Below the pieces are notes generated by a model, which had not been told where the DNA came from, made no database searches, and worked only from the letters and a program-made list of their open reading frames with translations. Shown here in pieces: positions 6,584 to 16,060 of a stretch of 37,098 nucleotides of DNA (the stretch's first letter is position 1; every line of letters starts with the position of its first letter). Origin of the DNA: a virus (lineage: Duplodnaviria; Caudoviricetes); the IMG/VR virus record IMGVR_UViG_3300017716_001496, positions 1 through 37,098 of that record. One strand, 5' to 3'. The position numbers and the translations under genes were made by a program.

Positions 6584-8133
6584 GCGATATCAAGAACCTC
6601 GCCAATTGGCGCTGGCGGCTAAGCAACCTCTATTCGATCGCCAACGAGAAGGGCCTGATTGTCCCGTTCAAACCGAACGCGGAGCAGGAACGCTTCCTCG
6701 ATGAGATGCACACGCTTAACCTGATCCTCAAAGCGAGGCAGTTGGGCTTCTCGACGCTCATTCAGATGATGGCGCTGGATACGTGCCTGTTTCACGGGAA
6801 CACCAACGCGGGCGTCATCGCGCAGGATATCGACACCGCCAAGGATATCTTCCGGCTCAAGTTCAAGGACGTATACGACCGGCTCCCCGAGGGGCTGAGG
6901 GCGCGGGTGGTTGCCACTCAGGACGCAGCGCAGGAGATGACGTTCTCCAACGGGTCGAAGATCCGGGTGGGCACGTCACTAAGGGGCGGCACCTATCAGT
7001 TCCTGCACGTTTCAGAGCTTGGCAAGATCGCGGCCAAATACCCGGAGAAGGCGCGAGAGATCAAATCTGGCGCTCTGAACACGGTTCACGCCGGCCAGCA
7101 CATCTTCGTGGAGAGCACGGCAGAGGGCCAAGGCGGGCTGTTCTATGAGCTAGTGCAGGACGCTCAAGAGCGTGACGCGCAAGGGATTGAGCCGAGCCCA
7201 TTGGAGTTCAAGCTCTACTTCGCCCCATGGTGGCGGGATACGCGCTACCGCCTGGAATCGCAGCGGACCATTCCGCTGAAGCACATCGAGTATTTCAAGG
7301 AACTGGAGCGCCAGCACGGTATCAAGCTGAGCCCGGCGCAGCGCACGTGGTATTCACAGAAGGCCAACCAGCAGAAAGAGGACATGCGGCGGGAATACCC
7401 GTCCTATCCGGCTGAAGCGTTCGATGCGCCGATTGAGGGCGCTTACTACACGCAGGAAATCCAGCACGCGAGCGACCAGCGCCGCATCGGGGATTACCCG
7501 TTCGACCCGAAGCTGGGGCAGGTGTTCACCTTCTGGGACTTGGGCCGATCCGACCAGATGACGATTTGGCTGGGCCAACGCCGCGGCCCGTCACGCTGGC
7601 GCTGGTTCGACTATATCGAGGGGCAGGACGAGAGTTTCCCCTACTATGCGCGGCTGTTGAAAGAAAAAGCGCAGGAATATCGCTGCGTCTATGGCGTCCA
7701 CTTCCTGCCGCACGACGGCTCACGCAAGGAACTGATCGCCACTGAGAGCCGCCAGACGGCGCTGGAGAACCTGGGGATATACCCGGTGCAGGTGGTGAGC
7801 CGCACCAAGGACTTGAGCGGGCCTAGCCTCACGTCATCGATCAACCTTGTGAAAGCGCTGATCGACGTGTCCGAGTTCGATCGCGCAGGCACAGCCAACG
7901 GGCTCAAGCATCTCAAGAACTACCGCCGCGAGTGGGACGACAAGCTGAGCGTCTGGAAGTCCTCGCCATTGCACAACATCGCTTCGGACGGTGCGGACGG
8001 GTTCAGGACCGCTGCCGAGGCTGACTATCAAGGACTGCTGGACGCCATGTTCTACAACAACGACAGGTCGCCGGGTGAAGAGGCGGAACATCGCCATTCC
8101 CGCGCCTCGTCCGACAGCGTGACGGGCTACTGA
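6580..8133 (+). CDS. terL: Terminase large subunit
   Basis: Walker A LILKARQLGFST, Walker B FLHVSE, coupling motif ESTAEG, nuclease motifs WDLGRSD and SDGADGFR. Confidence 0.95.
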   Translation: MSDIKNLANWRWRLSNLYSIANEKGLIVPFKPNAEQERFLDEMHTLNLILKARQLGFSTLIQMMALDTCLFHGNTNAGVIAQDIDTAKDIFRLKFKDVYDRLPEGLRARVVATQDAAQEMTFSNGSKIRVGTSLRGGTYQFLHVSELGKIAAKYPEKAREIKSGALNTVHAGQHIFVESTAEGQGGLFYELVQDAQERDAQGIEPSPLEFKLYFAPWWRDTRYRLESQRTIPLKHIEYFKELERQHGIKLSPAQRTWYSQKANQQKEDMRREYPSYPAEAFDAPIEGAYYTQEIQHASDQRRIGDYPFDPKLGQVFTFWDLGRSDQMTIWLGQRRGPSRWRWFDYIEGQDESFPYYARLLKEKAQEYRCVYGVHFLPHDGSRKELIATESRQTALENLGIYPVQVVSRTKDLSGPSLTSSINLVKALIDVSEFDRAGTANGLKHLKNYRREWDDKLSVWKSSPLHNIASDGADGFRTAAEADYQGLLDAMFYNNDRSPGEEAEHRHSRASSDSVTGY

Positions 8134-10661
8134 TGGCTGACCTTGGCTATGACGCACAGCTGGACGGCCCAGCGGACAAAGTCGGCAAGGGTCGCAAGGC
8201 CCGCAAGACAGCCGACAACCTTGCAGCTATCGCAGAGTACGACGGCAACCTCGCTGAACGCCTAGACGACAACGCCCGCAAGAAGATGGGCGAGGAAGTC
8301 GTCCGCGAGTATGAGCACGACGAGAAGTCGCGCGAGGAATGGCTGCAGGGCGTAGACCGGGCGATCAAGAACGCGCGGCAGAAGCCTGAGAAGAAGAACT
8401 ATCCGTTCGAGAACGCGAGCAACATCAAGTATCCGCTGCTCACGACGGCCATGAACCAGTTCGGGGCTAGGGCCTACGGGGCAATCACGCGCTCTGACCA
8501 GCCGATGGTCTGCAAGGTCATTGGCGAGGACCGGGACGGGCGCAAGGCCAAGCGTGCGGACAGGCTGGCGCGGTTCGGCAACTACCAGCTCATGTACATC
8601 ATGGACGAGTGGGACGCCGGCACGGACAAGCTGCTGCACATGCTCCCTGTGATGGGCGCAGGGTTCCGCAAGGGCTACTGGCGCGGCGACATGGCCCGCC
8701 CGACGCTGGAATACACGTCTGCGCGCGATGTGGTTGTGCCGAACGATGCGCCGAGCTTCGACCGTGCGCCGCGCATGACGCAGCCGACGCCGATGTATCC
8801 CTATGAGATCGATCGGCTTGTTCAGTCCAAGCAGTGGCTTGAGCACAAGTGCGACCATCTCGACTCGACCAATCCCGAGGACAGCCAGAAGTCGTCTATC
8901 TACCTGGAGCAGGTGAGGTATTTTGACCTCGACGGCGACGGGATGATGGAGCCCTACATCGCGACGGTCTCGAAGGACCATAGCGAGCTGGTGAGGCTTG
9001 AGGCTGCGTTCTACGCCAACTCGATCCGGGTCAACACGACGGACGGGAAGGTTGAGACGATCATGCGGGAGAGCCCGTGGATCGACTATTCGTTCCTGCC
9101 GGACATTGAGGGCTCAGTCTATGGCATGGGCTTCGGCCAGTTGCTTGAGAGCCTTGGCTCGGCCATCAACACGGCGCTGAACCAGATATTCGACGCGGCG
9201 CACCGGCAGAACGCGGGCGGCGGGTTCATCAGCCAAGGTCTGCGCCTGCGTGGTGGTGAAGTGCGCGTCCGCCCGTCCGAGTTCATCAACGTGAACGTGC
9301 CGGGGCGTGTCTCTGACGCGATCCACGAGCTGCAACTGAACGGGCCTAGCCCCGTGCTGTTCCAGTTGATCGAGTTCCTGCTGGGCGCAGCGCAGGACAT
9401 TACCAGCGTCAAGGACGTGATGACCGGCGAGGCCCCGAGCGGGCAGGCCATGGGCGCGACCCTCGCTCTGATCGAGCAGGGGATGCAGGTATTCTCGACC
9501 ATCTACACCCGCATATACCGGGCGATGCGGAAAGAGTTCCGACTGCTGATGCGCCTTAATGCGCGTTATCTGGACCCGAGCGTCTACGCTGAGTTTCTGG
9601 ACGACGAAGAGTTCTTCGCGGAGCTGATGGGCTTGCCGCCTCCAAGCCAGATGCCGCAGACGCCGATGGGCGGTGGAATGCCGCAAGGCGTGCAATTGCA
9701 GCCGCCGCAGATGCCGAACATGGCGCCGGGGATGCCGGGCATGGATGGCATGTCAGCCCCCGCTCAGCCCATGCCGCCTATGCCGGCGATGCCTCCACAG
9801 GGTATGGCGCCGACGCCAAGCGGGCTGATGATGCCCAAGCCGCAGAAGCTGCAGCTTAGCCCGCAGGGGCTGGAGGAACTGGCCAAGGACTTCGACCTTC
9901 GCAACATGGATTGCGCGCCTGGAGCCGATCCGCGTTCGGTCACGGACATGCAGCGCATGATGAGGGCGCAGTATCTGGCGCAGTTCAAGGGCCAGCCGGG
10001 CATCAACAACCGCGAGATTCAGGAACGCGAACTGGAAGCGGCCAACATTGCCGATCGCCATAAGCTCTTCTTGGATGGGCCTAGCCCGATGGATGAGCTG
10101 GCGGCGGAAGAGGCCAAGCAGAACGTCCGCAATCTGAAGTTGGACGGCGACCTGAAGGAACAGCAGACCAAGAAGACCGCCAAGGAGGCCGAGAAGGTCT
10201 ACCACGAGGCTGGCAAGGTCGCGTTTGAGCGTGGAGTCATGGAGAGCGGCGGTTCGCTTGAAGGTGAAGGCGGCAAGGCGAAAGAGAAGGTTGACCCGCG
10301 CGAGCAGGAGCTGGCCGACCGGGAAATGGGCGTCAAGATGCGGGAGATGGAAACCCGCGAGCTTGAAGCGGCCTACAACTACGACATTGCCAAGAAAAAG
10401 CTGGACGTGGACGCCGACACGAGCAACCGCGAGCTAGCAATCAAGGAACAGGATTCGGCGGCAGTCCGTCAGCGCGAAGACAAGTTCGATGAGACGCTGA
10501 ACGTGGTGCTACAGGCCATAGGCACGATGGCGCAGGGCGTTGACGCTGTGGTGAAGGGTCAGCAGCAGGTCACAGCGATCATGTTAGCCCCGCGCGTGCT
10601 GGTGAAGGATGCGGCCGGCAACCCGGTAGCGGCCAAGCCTGACTTCAGTGGGCAAGTCTAA
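8133..10661 (+). CDS. Portal protein with long C-terminal extension
   Basis: Follows terL. YPFENASNIKYPLLTTA and GSVYGMGFGQLL...NQIFDA motifs of podoviral portals. Met/Pro/Gln-rich insert and coiled-coil tail. Confidence 0.88.
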   Translation: MADLGYDAQLDGPADKVGKGRKARKTADNLAAIAEYDGNLAERLDDNARKKMGEEVVREYEHDEKSREEWLQGVDRAIKNARQKPEKKNYPFENASNIKYPLLTTAMNQFGARAYGAITRSDQPMVCKVIGEDRDGRKAKRADRLARFGNYQLMYIMDEWDAGTDKLLHMLPVMGAGFRKGYWRGDMARPTLEYTSARDVVVPNDAPSFDRAPRMTQPTPMYPYEIDRLVQSKQWLEHKCDHLDSTNPEDSQKSSIYLEQVRYFDLDGDGMMEPYIATVSKDHSELVRLEAAFYANSIRVNTTDGKVETIMRESPWIDYSFLPDIEGSVYGMGFGQLLESLGSAINTALNQIFDAAHRQNAGGGFISQGLRLRGGEVRVRPSEFINVNVPGRVSDAIHELQLNGPSPVLFQLIEFLLGAAQDITSVKDVMTGEAPSGQAMGATLALIEQGMQVFSTIYTRIYRAMRKEFRLLMRLNARYLDPSVYAEFLDDEEFFAELMGLPPPSQMPQTPMGGGMPQGVQLQPPQMPNMAPGMPGMDGMSAPAQPMPPMPAMPPQGMAPTPSGLMMPKPQKLQLSPQGLEELAKDFDLRNMDCAPGADPRSVTDMQRMMRAQYLAQFKGQPGINNREIQERELEAANIADRHKLFLDGPSPMDELAAEEAKQNVRNLKLDGDLKEQQTKKTAKEAEKVYHEAGKVAFERGVMESGGSLEGEGGKAKEKVDPREQELADREMGVKMREMETRELEAAYNYDIAKKKLDVDADTSNRELAIKEQDSAAVRQREDKFDETLNVVLQAIGTMAQGVDAVVKGQQQVTAIMLAPRVLVKDAAGNPVAAKPDFSGQV

Positions 10662-11098
10662 TGGCTGCGTCCGAGTGGGCTGTGTTCAACATCGCCAAGG
10701 AGAAACTGGCGGACGGGGGCTTTGACCTCGATACGCAGACGTTCAAGATGGCGCTGTTGACGGACGCGCAGGCCATCACGGCAGCGTTTGCGGGCACATC
10801 GACGGACTGCCGTTTTGCAGACCTGACGGGTGAAGTGGTCGGCACGGGATACACGGCAGGCGGCAAGACGCTGACGGCGACGTGGACGCGCTCATCAGGG
10901 ACGATCACGTTCGATTGCGACGATCAGGCTTGGACGAGCGCAACTTTCGATGCGCAATACGTGGTGATCTATGCCGACAATGCGAATGATGACCTGCTGT
11001 GCTTTAGCGATCTGAACAGCGGCGGCGCGATGCTCTCGGCAGTGGCCGGCACGTTCACGGTCGCAATCAGCGGCTCTGGCGTCTTCACGTTGGCGTAA
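10661..11098 (+). CDS. Phage structural protein (145 aa)
   Basis: DLDTQTFKMALLT...EVVGTGYTAGGKTLT...ITFD.DD..WT pattern, common in virion appendage base proteins. Coupled to the portal stop. Confidence 0.7.
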   Translation: MAASEWAVFNIAKEKLADGGFDLDTQTFKMALLTDAQAITAAFAGTSTDCRFADLTGEVVGTGYTAGGKTLTATWTRSSGTITFDCDDQAWTSATFDAQYVVIYADNANDDLLCFSDLNSGGAMLSAVAGTFTVAISGSGVFTLA

Positions 11099-11101
11099 AT
11101 C

Positions 11102-11392
11102 ATGGCAACGCAAGGCACGACGACAATCGACTTCGGGGCATTCCCCGGCAACACCAACGTCTCGCTGGATATCACGGGGCAGGGCAGCATCGCTTCGGGC
11201 GCTGAAGTCGATGCGTGGCTGTCGCCTGCGGCAACGGCTGACCATTCGATTGATGAGCATGTCGTGGACGGCCCCCGCATCCTGGCGGGCAATGTCGCGG
11301 CTGGAACTGGCTTCACGATTTACGGCGCGGCGCGCGACCTTGGCGGCAAGGCTTACGGCCTTTGGAACGTCAGTTGGGTCTGGAACAACTAG
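11102..11392 (+). CDS. Small beta-rich structural protein (96 aa)
   Basis: Gly/Thr/Ala-rich, tightly packed in the operon. Confidence 0.7.
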   Translation: MATQGTTTIDFGAFPGNTNVSLDITGQGSIASGAEVDAWLSPAATADHSIDEHVVDGPRILAGNVAAGTGFTIYGAARDLGGKAYGLWNVSWVWNN

Positions 11393-11401
11393 GGACTGAT
11401 C

Positions 11402-12835
11402 ATGGCAATTGAACTTCTCGGCGGCACATCAGGCGTAAAGGCCGATGTGGACGCGAACAAGCGCGTTCTGGTCGCCCTTGATACGGGCGCGAACCCGGCA
11501 CAGGTCGGCGGCGTGCGCGCGTTTCAAGAGGGCGACACAGGGTCCGTCACTGGCACGGCGCTCCTCCGCTCCGTAGAGGCGGACGAAGACTTCCGCATGA
11601 GGATTGCGCCTGAAGCGCTGTTCGACTGCGAAACGTTCAACTACACCGCGCAAAACACGGGCAAGTTCGCCTACCGCAACACGACCATGGCAATCACATG
11701 GGCGGCGTCTGGCATGACGACGAACAGCGGCAACATCACCACGACGACGACTGGCGTTGGCTTCAACACGTGGGCAGAATTTCCGGTTCTCGGTGCGTCT
11801 CAGTTATACACCGAGATCGAGGGCAGCTTCACGGCCCTGCCAACCACGAACACCATCATCGACTTTGGCCCATGCCGGATTGCGACGACTAACCCGTTTG
11901 CTCCGACCGATGGCGTCTATTTCCGCCTGACCTCTGCCGGCCTGTCTGGCGTCATCAACTCCAACGGCACGGAAACGACGACGAGCGTTTTCAGCTTCAC
12001 TTACACAATCAACCGCAAGTACCAGTTCATCATTGCGATGCACGAGCGGTCGGTTGAGTTCTGGATCGATGGCGTGCTGTACGCCACGCTGGACACGCCA
12101 ATTGGTCAGGGTCAGCCCTGCATGTCGGCATCCCTGCCGATTTCCCTACGCCACGCCATCGTCGGCGGTGCTGCTGGTGCGGCGATTTCGTTCGTGATGA
12201 ACGATTACACCGTTAGCATCGGCGGCCCCAACATCGCCTTGACGGCTTCGGTCCTCGGCCAACGCATTTATGGCTCGTATCAGGGCCTGAGCGGCGGCAC
12301 GATGGGTTCGCTTGCGAACTTTGCCAACAACGCCAACCCGACAGCCGCAGTTCCGACAAACACTACGGCGGCGCTCGGCACGGGCCTTGGCGGTCAGTTT
12401 TGGGAAACAGACACGCTTGCGGTCAACACTGACGGCATCATCATGTCGTACCAAATCCCGGCCGGCACGGCGAACGTGCAAGGTCGTCGCCTTGTGTTGC
12501 GCAGCGTCAAGATCGAAAGTTTTGTGCAAACCGCCCTGACAGGAGGCGGATATAACGCAGTTTGGTCGCTGGCGTTCGGCCATACCGCTGTGTCAGTCGC
12601 AACCACAGAAGCTGCTGCGGCGAAGATTTCGCGGCGCGTTCCGCTCGGCAACCAGACTGTAGCGTCTGCAGCCGCGGCTTTGACCCTTTTGCAAACCGTT
12701 TCACTTGATTTCGGAGATGCGCCGGTCTTCGTGAACCCCGGCGAATTTATTGCTGTTGTGAAGAAGAAGGTCGGGACGGCGCCGTCTGCCGGCGTCATCG
12801 CACACACAGTCTGTCTGACATACGGCTGGGAATAA
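11402..12835 (+). CDS. Thr/Gly/Ala-rich beta protein, putative virion appendage with lectin-like domain (477 aa)
   Basis: SD AGGGA. Central YQFIIAMHERSVEFWIDGVLYATL is ConA-like. Very few charged residues. Confidence 0.7.
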   Translation: MAIELLGGTSGVKADVDANKRVLVALDTGANPAQVGGVRAFQEGDTGSVTGTALLRSVEADEDFRMRIAPEALFDCETFNYTAQNTGKFAYRNTTMAITWAASGMTTNSGNITTTTTGVGFNTWAEFPVLGASQLYTEIEGSFTALPTTNTIIDFGPCRIATTNPFAPTDGVYFRLTSAGLSGVINSNGTETTTSVFSFTYTINRKYQFIIAMHERSVEFWIDGVLYATLDTPIGQGQPCMSASLPISLRHAIVGGAAGAAISFVMNDYTVSIGGPNIALTASVLGQRIYGSYQGLSGGTMGSLANFANNANPTAAVPTNTTAALGTGLGGQFWETDTLAVNTDGIIMSYQIPAGTANVQGRRLVLRSVKIESFVQTALTGGGYNAVWSLAFGHTAVSVATTEAAAAKISRRVPLGNQTVASAAAALTLLQTVSLDFGDAPVFVNPGEFIAVVKKKVGTAPSAGVIAHTVCLTYGWE

Positions 12836-12848
12836 CTCGGAGGCTTAA

Positions 12849-13388
12849 ATGGGCCTTCTCCTAGCTGCAGGCAGCGGCACTAGCGTAACAGTCACGCCGG
12901 GCGTCGGGTCTCTGACGCTCGCAGGCTTTGCGCCAACTGTCACGGCGGGGAATGGCGCGGTCAGCGTCACGGTGACGCCGGGAACTGGCGCGCTGGTCAT
13001 TACGGGCTACGCGCCGACCGTATCGACGGGCGCGGTTGTTACCCCCTCGCAGGATTTCGGCAACGTCCTCGATGGGAGCGTTGGCAACTACTACGAACAA
13101 CGCCGCAAGCGCGAGAAGGAAGCGCGCGAACGGCGCAAGAGAGAGCGCCTCGAGGCGCTGGCGGCCGAACTTCGAGACATCGAGGAAGAGGCCAAGCCCA
13201 AGAAGAAGCTGCGCAAGATCGCGGCAACACCCGAAACGGCTAGTGAACAGCCTGTTGCACCGAAGAAGGCCAAACGTCCGCTTGAGCCCGTCAGCTCGGT
13301 TGAGCTTGAACGCGCCAAGGCAGACGCCCTCCTGCTTCAGCAACAATACAATGAGGATGCGGCAATAATCTTGCTGCTAGCTGCATGA
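12849..13388 (+). CDS. Structural protein with two N-terminal beta repeats and a charged C-terminus
   Basis: SD GGAGG. Repeats SVTVTPGVGSLTLAGFAPTV / SVTVTPGTGALVITGYAPTV. Ends in EDAAIILLLAA. Confidence 0.7.
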   Translation: MGLLLAAGSGTSVTVTPGVGSLTLAGFAPTVTAGNGAVSVTVTPGTGALVITGYAPTVSTGAVVTPSQDFGNVLDGSVGNYYEQRRKREKEARERRKRERLEALAAELRDIEEEAKPKKKLRKIAATPETASEQPVAPKKAKRPLEPVSSVELERAKADALLLQQQYNEDAAIILLLAA

Positions 13389-13669
13389 CCCCAGAACAGC
13401 GCGAAGAGTGGCTGGAAGAGTTCCAGGCATGGCGCGACAGCCCCATGTCCGAGGCGTTTTTCAACAGCCTTGAAATCCAGCAGGCGGGCATTCGTTCGCA
13501 ATGGACGAAGACGCTGTGGGAATCGGAAGCCGATCCGCCAATGGACCAGCTCCGGCACCTTAGAACTCAGGCAGCAGTGCTTGACGACGTAATCAACAGA
13601 AAGGGAACAGATGTCCTTGCATCACTCTACCCTGACCTTCGAGCCGATGCCGAAGGTGGAGGAGACTAA
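13385..13669 (+). CDS. Small head-module protein (94 aa)
   Basis: ATGA-coupled. The W...P.SE.FF pattern and the position before GroES are typical of this podoviral layout. Confidence 0.7.
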   Translation: MTPEQREEWLEEFQAWRDSPMSEAFFNSLEIQQAGIRSQWTKTLWESEADPPMDQLRHLRTQAAVLDDVINRKGTDVLASLYPDLRADAEGGGD

Positions 13670-14006
13670 TCCGGGGATGAAACCCCTTGAGTTCAACTGC
13701 CTCGTTCTTCCGCGTGTGATCCAGCGCCAGCGTGCGTCTGGCATCTTCGTGCCTGAGACGGCTGCGGCGCGTGAGGATGAGGGCGGCGACGAGGGGCTTT
13801 TGGTCTCTGTCTCGCCGCTGGCGTTCAACGAGCAGGACTTTCCCGATCCGGCTGCAATCCCTGAGATCGGGCAACACGTCATGTTCGCCCGCTATGCCGG
13901 GAAGTCATTCGTGGGCGCCGATGGGCGTGTCTATCGGGTGATGAAGGACAAGGAGATCCTCGGGGTTCGCACGGCTGCGGCTGCGCCGGCCAAGGTGGCG
14001 GCATGA
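13611..14006 (+). CDS. groES: GroES-like co-chaperonin
   Basis: MKPLEFNCLVLP...ASGIFVP...GLLVSVSP...IGQHVMFARYAG...YRVMKDKEILGV. Start is uncertain (13611, 13647 or 13677). Confidence 0.88.
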   Translation: MSLHHSTLTFEPMPKVEETNPGMKPLEFNCLVLPRVIQRQRASGIFVPETAAAREDEGGDEGLLVSVSPLAFNEQDFPDPAAIPEIGQHVMFARYAGKSFVGADGRVYRVMKDKEILGVRTAAAAPAKVAA

Positions 14007-14869
14007 GCCTGGAAGGTGAAGACGACCTCCCGCCAGTTACTGGCGTTGAGGATGCGCCCGCGCCCAAGACGGACGACGTTGAGGCCATAGCCCGCGAACT
14101 GGGTTGGAAGCCGGAAAGCGAGTGGAAGGGCAAGCCGCCTGAAAAGGGCTTTGCCTCTGCTGCGGATTACATCCGTTCCCAGCGCGACCATGCGAAGAAC
14201 GTCGAGAAGGAGATGAAGAAGCTCCGCTCCGAGACGGACAAGCGCATCAAGCGCATGGAGGACCAGACCGCCAAGCAGCGCGAGCGTGAGATCGCGGAGA
14301 TCCACGAGGAATATGACTGGTGGATTCGCGACGCCATCAAGAAGGGCGACGACGGCCGCGAAAAGGCGCTGATCAAAGAGCGTGACGGCAAGGTCAAGCA
14401 GGCCGAAGCGGTTGAGGAGAAGGAAGAGGCTGCAGACGAGCCCGCGACCGAGGAAGAATGGGTCGAGGCGTTCCAGCCTGCCTATCCCGAGCTGCAAAAG
14501 CGCTTCTATGGCGAGGGCCATGCGTGGGTGCTGGACGAGGACGCCGACCCCGACGCGATGCGCATCGTGCTGGACTTCGTGGACAGCGGCGTTCCGTTTG
14601 CCGAGGCGCTGGAGAAGTCCGCACGGGCGCTCAAGAAGGCGTATCCCGATCGCTATGAGGAAGACGAGGACATGGACGAAGAGCCCGAAGAAAAGCCCGC
14701 GAAGAAGCGCGTTCCCGTGCTGGCATCGGGCGCCAAGGCTGGCGGCTCGGGCGTCTCGGCTGCATCCCGCCTCTCGCCTGCCCAACGCACAATCGGGGCC
14801 AAGTTCGTCAAGGACGGACTTTTCGGCTCCCTCGAAGAGTACGCTGAAGAGCGTCTGAAACTCGGATAA
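14003..14869 (+). CDS. Capsid scaffolding protein
   Basis: Acidic and coiled-coil. ARELGWKPESEWKG motif and C-terminal LSPAQR...SLEEYA. Lies upstream of the capsid genes. Confidence 0.75.
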   Translation: MSLEGEDDLPPVTGVEDAPAPKTDDVEAIARELGWKPESEWKGKPPEKGFASAADYIRSQRDHAKNVEKEMKKLRSETDKRIKRMEDQTAKQREREIAEIHEEYDWWIRDAIKKGDDGREKALIKERDGKVKQAEAVEEKEEAADEPATEEEWVEAFQPAYPELQKRFYGEGHAWVLDEDADPDAMRIVLDFVDSGVPFAEALEKSARALKKAYPDRYEEDEDMDEEPEEKPAKKRVPVLASGAKAGGSGVSAASRLSPAQRTIGAKFVKDGLFGSLEEYAEERLKLG

Positions 14870-14875
14870 TCACCC

Positions 14876-15445
14876 ATGACCGACGAAACAACGCAGACCG
14901 AGCCCTCCAAACCGGATGGCCGGACCAAGGAAGCACGCGCGCAACGCGCCGCCCCGATCCGCGCCCGTACCGATGGCCCCAACGCTGAGCTTGAGCGCCG
15001 CAGGGCAGAGCGCAAGGCGCGCGGTGTCAACGATCACACCAACGACCAGCGCCTGACTGTGGCCGGCGCTTCGCTGGATATCGACAACTACTCTTATCGG
15101 TGGGCCAACGAAGAGGTTGGCAACATCGAGACGCTTCGCTCTCAGGAATGGGAAGATGTGAGCACAGACGAAATGAATGGGCTGCCGATGGCCCGACTGG
15201 TTGGCACGTCTCGCGAAGGCAAGGCGATGCAAGGCCGACTGATGAAGAAATGGAAGCCCTGGTTTGATGAGGATCAGGACGCCAAGGTTGCAGAATATCG
15301 GGAGCGCGAGAAGGCTCTCAAACGCGGCGCGGCGAAAGCCCCGCAGGAAACCGCTGATGATGCGGGCAAGAGCTACGTTCCTAGCGATTACAACAAGATC
15401 ACAGCTGCCACGCCGACCAAGTCCGCGGGCGGCTACACCCCTTAA
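14876..15445 (+). CDS. Head-module hypothetical protein (189 aa)
   Basis: YSYRWANE...LMKKWKPWFDEDQ pattern, located between scaffold and capsid genes. Confidence 0.7.
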   Translation: MTDETTQTEPSKPDGRTKEARAQRAAPIRARTDGPNAELERRRAERKARGVNDHTNDQRLTVAGASLDIDNYSYRWANEEVGNIETLRSQEWEDVSTDEMNGLPMARLVGTSREGKAMQGRLMKKWKPWFDEDQDAKVAEYREREKALKRGAAKAPQETADDAGKSYVPSDYNKITAATPTKSAGGYTP

Positions 15446-15461
15446 CCCAACAGGATAACAA

Positions 15462-16046
15462 ATGGCGAACGTTAACGCGCCGTTTGGTGCGCGACTTGTC
15501 GGTTCTTTGACCGGCTCTCCCATCAGCGGCACTATCAAGACGTACTCGGCTCCGAGTTCGTATGCGACCAATATGTTCATCGGCGACCCGGTTGTCGTGA
15601 CCGGCGCCCGTTCTGACGGCTACCAGAACGTCAACGTCGCAACGGCTGGAGCCACCAACCGCATCACCGGCTTCATCGTCGGCTTCGGCCCGACGCCGGG
15701 CATCGTCTCGCTTGGCTACGGCGCGGCTTCGACCGTCCGTTACGTGCAAGTCTGCGACAACCCGGAAGCCCTCTGGGAGCTTCAGGAAGACGCAGTCGGC
15801 GGCGCGATTGCGGAAGCATCGATCGGCCTCAACGTCGACCTCGTGTCAGGCTCTGGTTCGACCTTCACGAAGAAGTCGGGCTGGATGATCGACTCAAGCA
15901 CGGTTGCGACCGGCGCCACGCTGCAGATGACCATTCGCGACATCGTCACCCGCGTCGATAACGACGCAGGCGGCACGGCCTACGCGAAGTTCATCTGTTC
16001 CATCAACCTGTCCACGAACGGCCTCTCGCCGTTGGCTGGCATCTAA
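15462..16046 (+). CDS. Capsid decoration/minor head protein
   Basis: MANVNAPFGARLVG...MFIGDPV...VCDNPEALWELQ. SD AGGA. Directly before the major capsid gene. Confidence 0.75.
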   Translation: MANVNAPFGARLVGSLTGSPISGTIKTYSAPSSYATNMFIGDPVVVTGARSDGYQNVNVATAGATNRITGFIVGFGPTPGIVSLGYGAASTVRYVQVCDNPEALWELQEDAVGGAIAEASIGLNVDLVSGSGSTFTKKSGWMIDSSTVATGATLQMTIRDIVTRVDNDAGGTAYAKFICSINLSTNGLSPLAGI

Positions 16047-16060
16047 GGAGGGCATGACCC

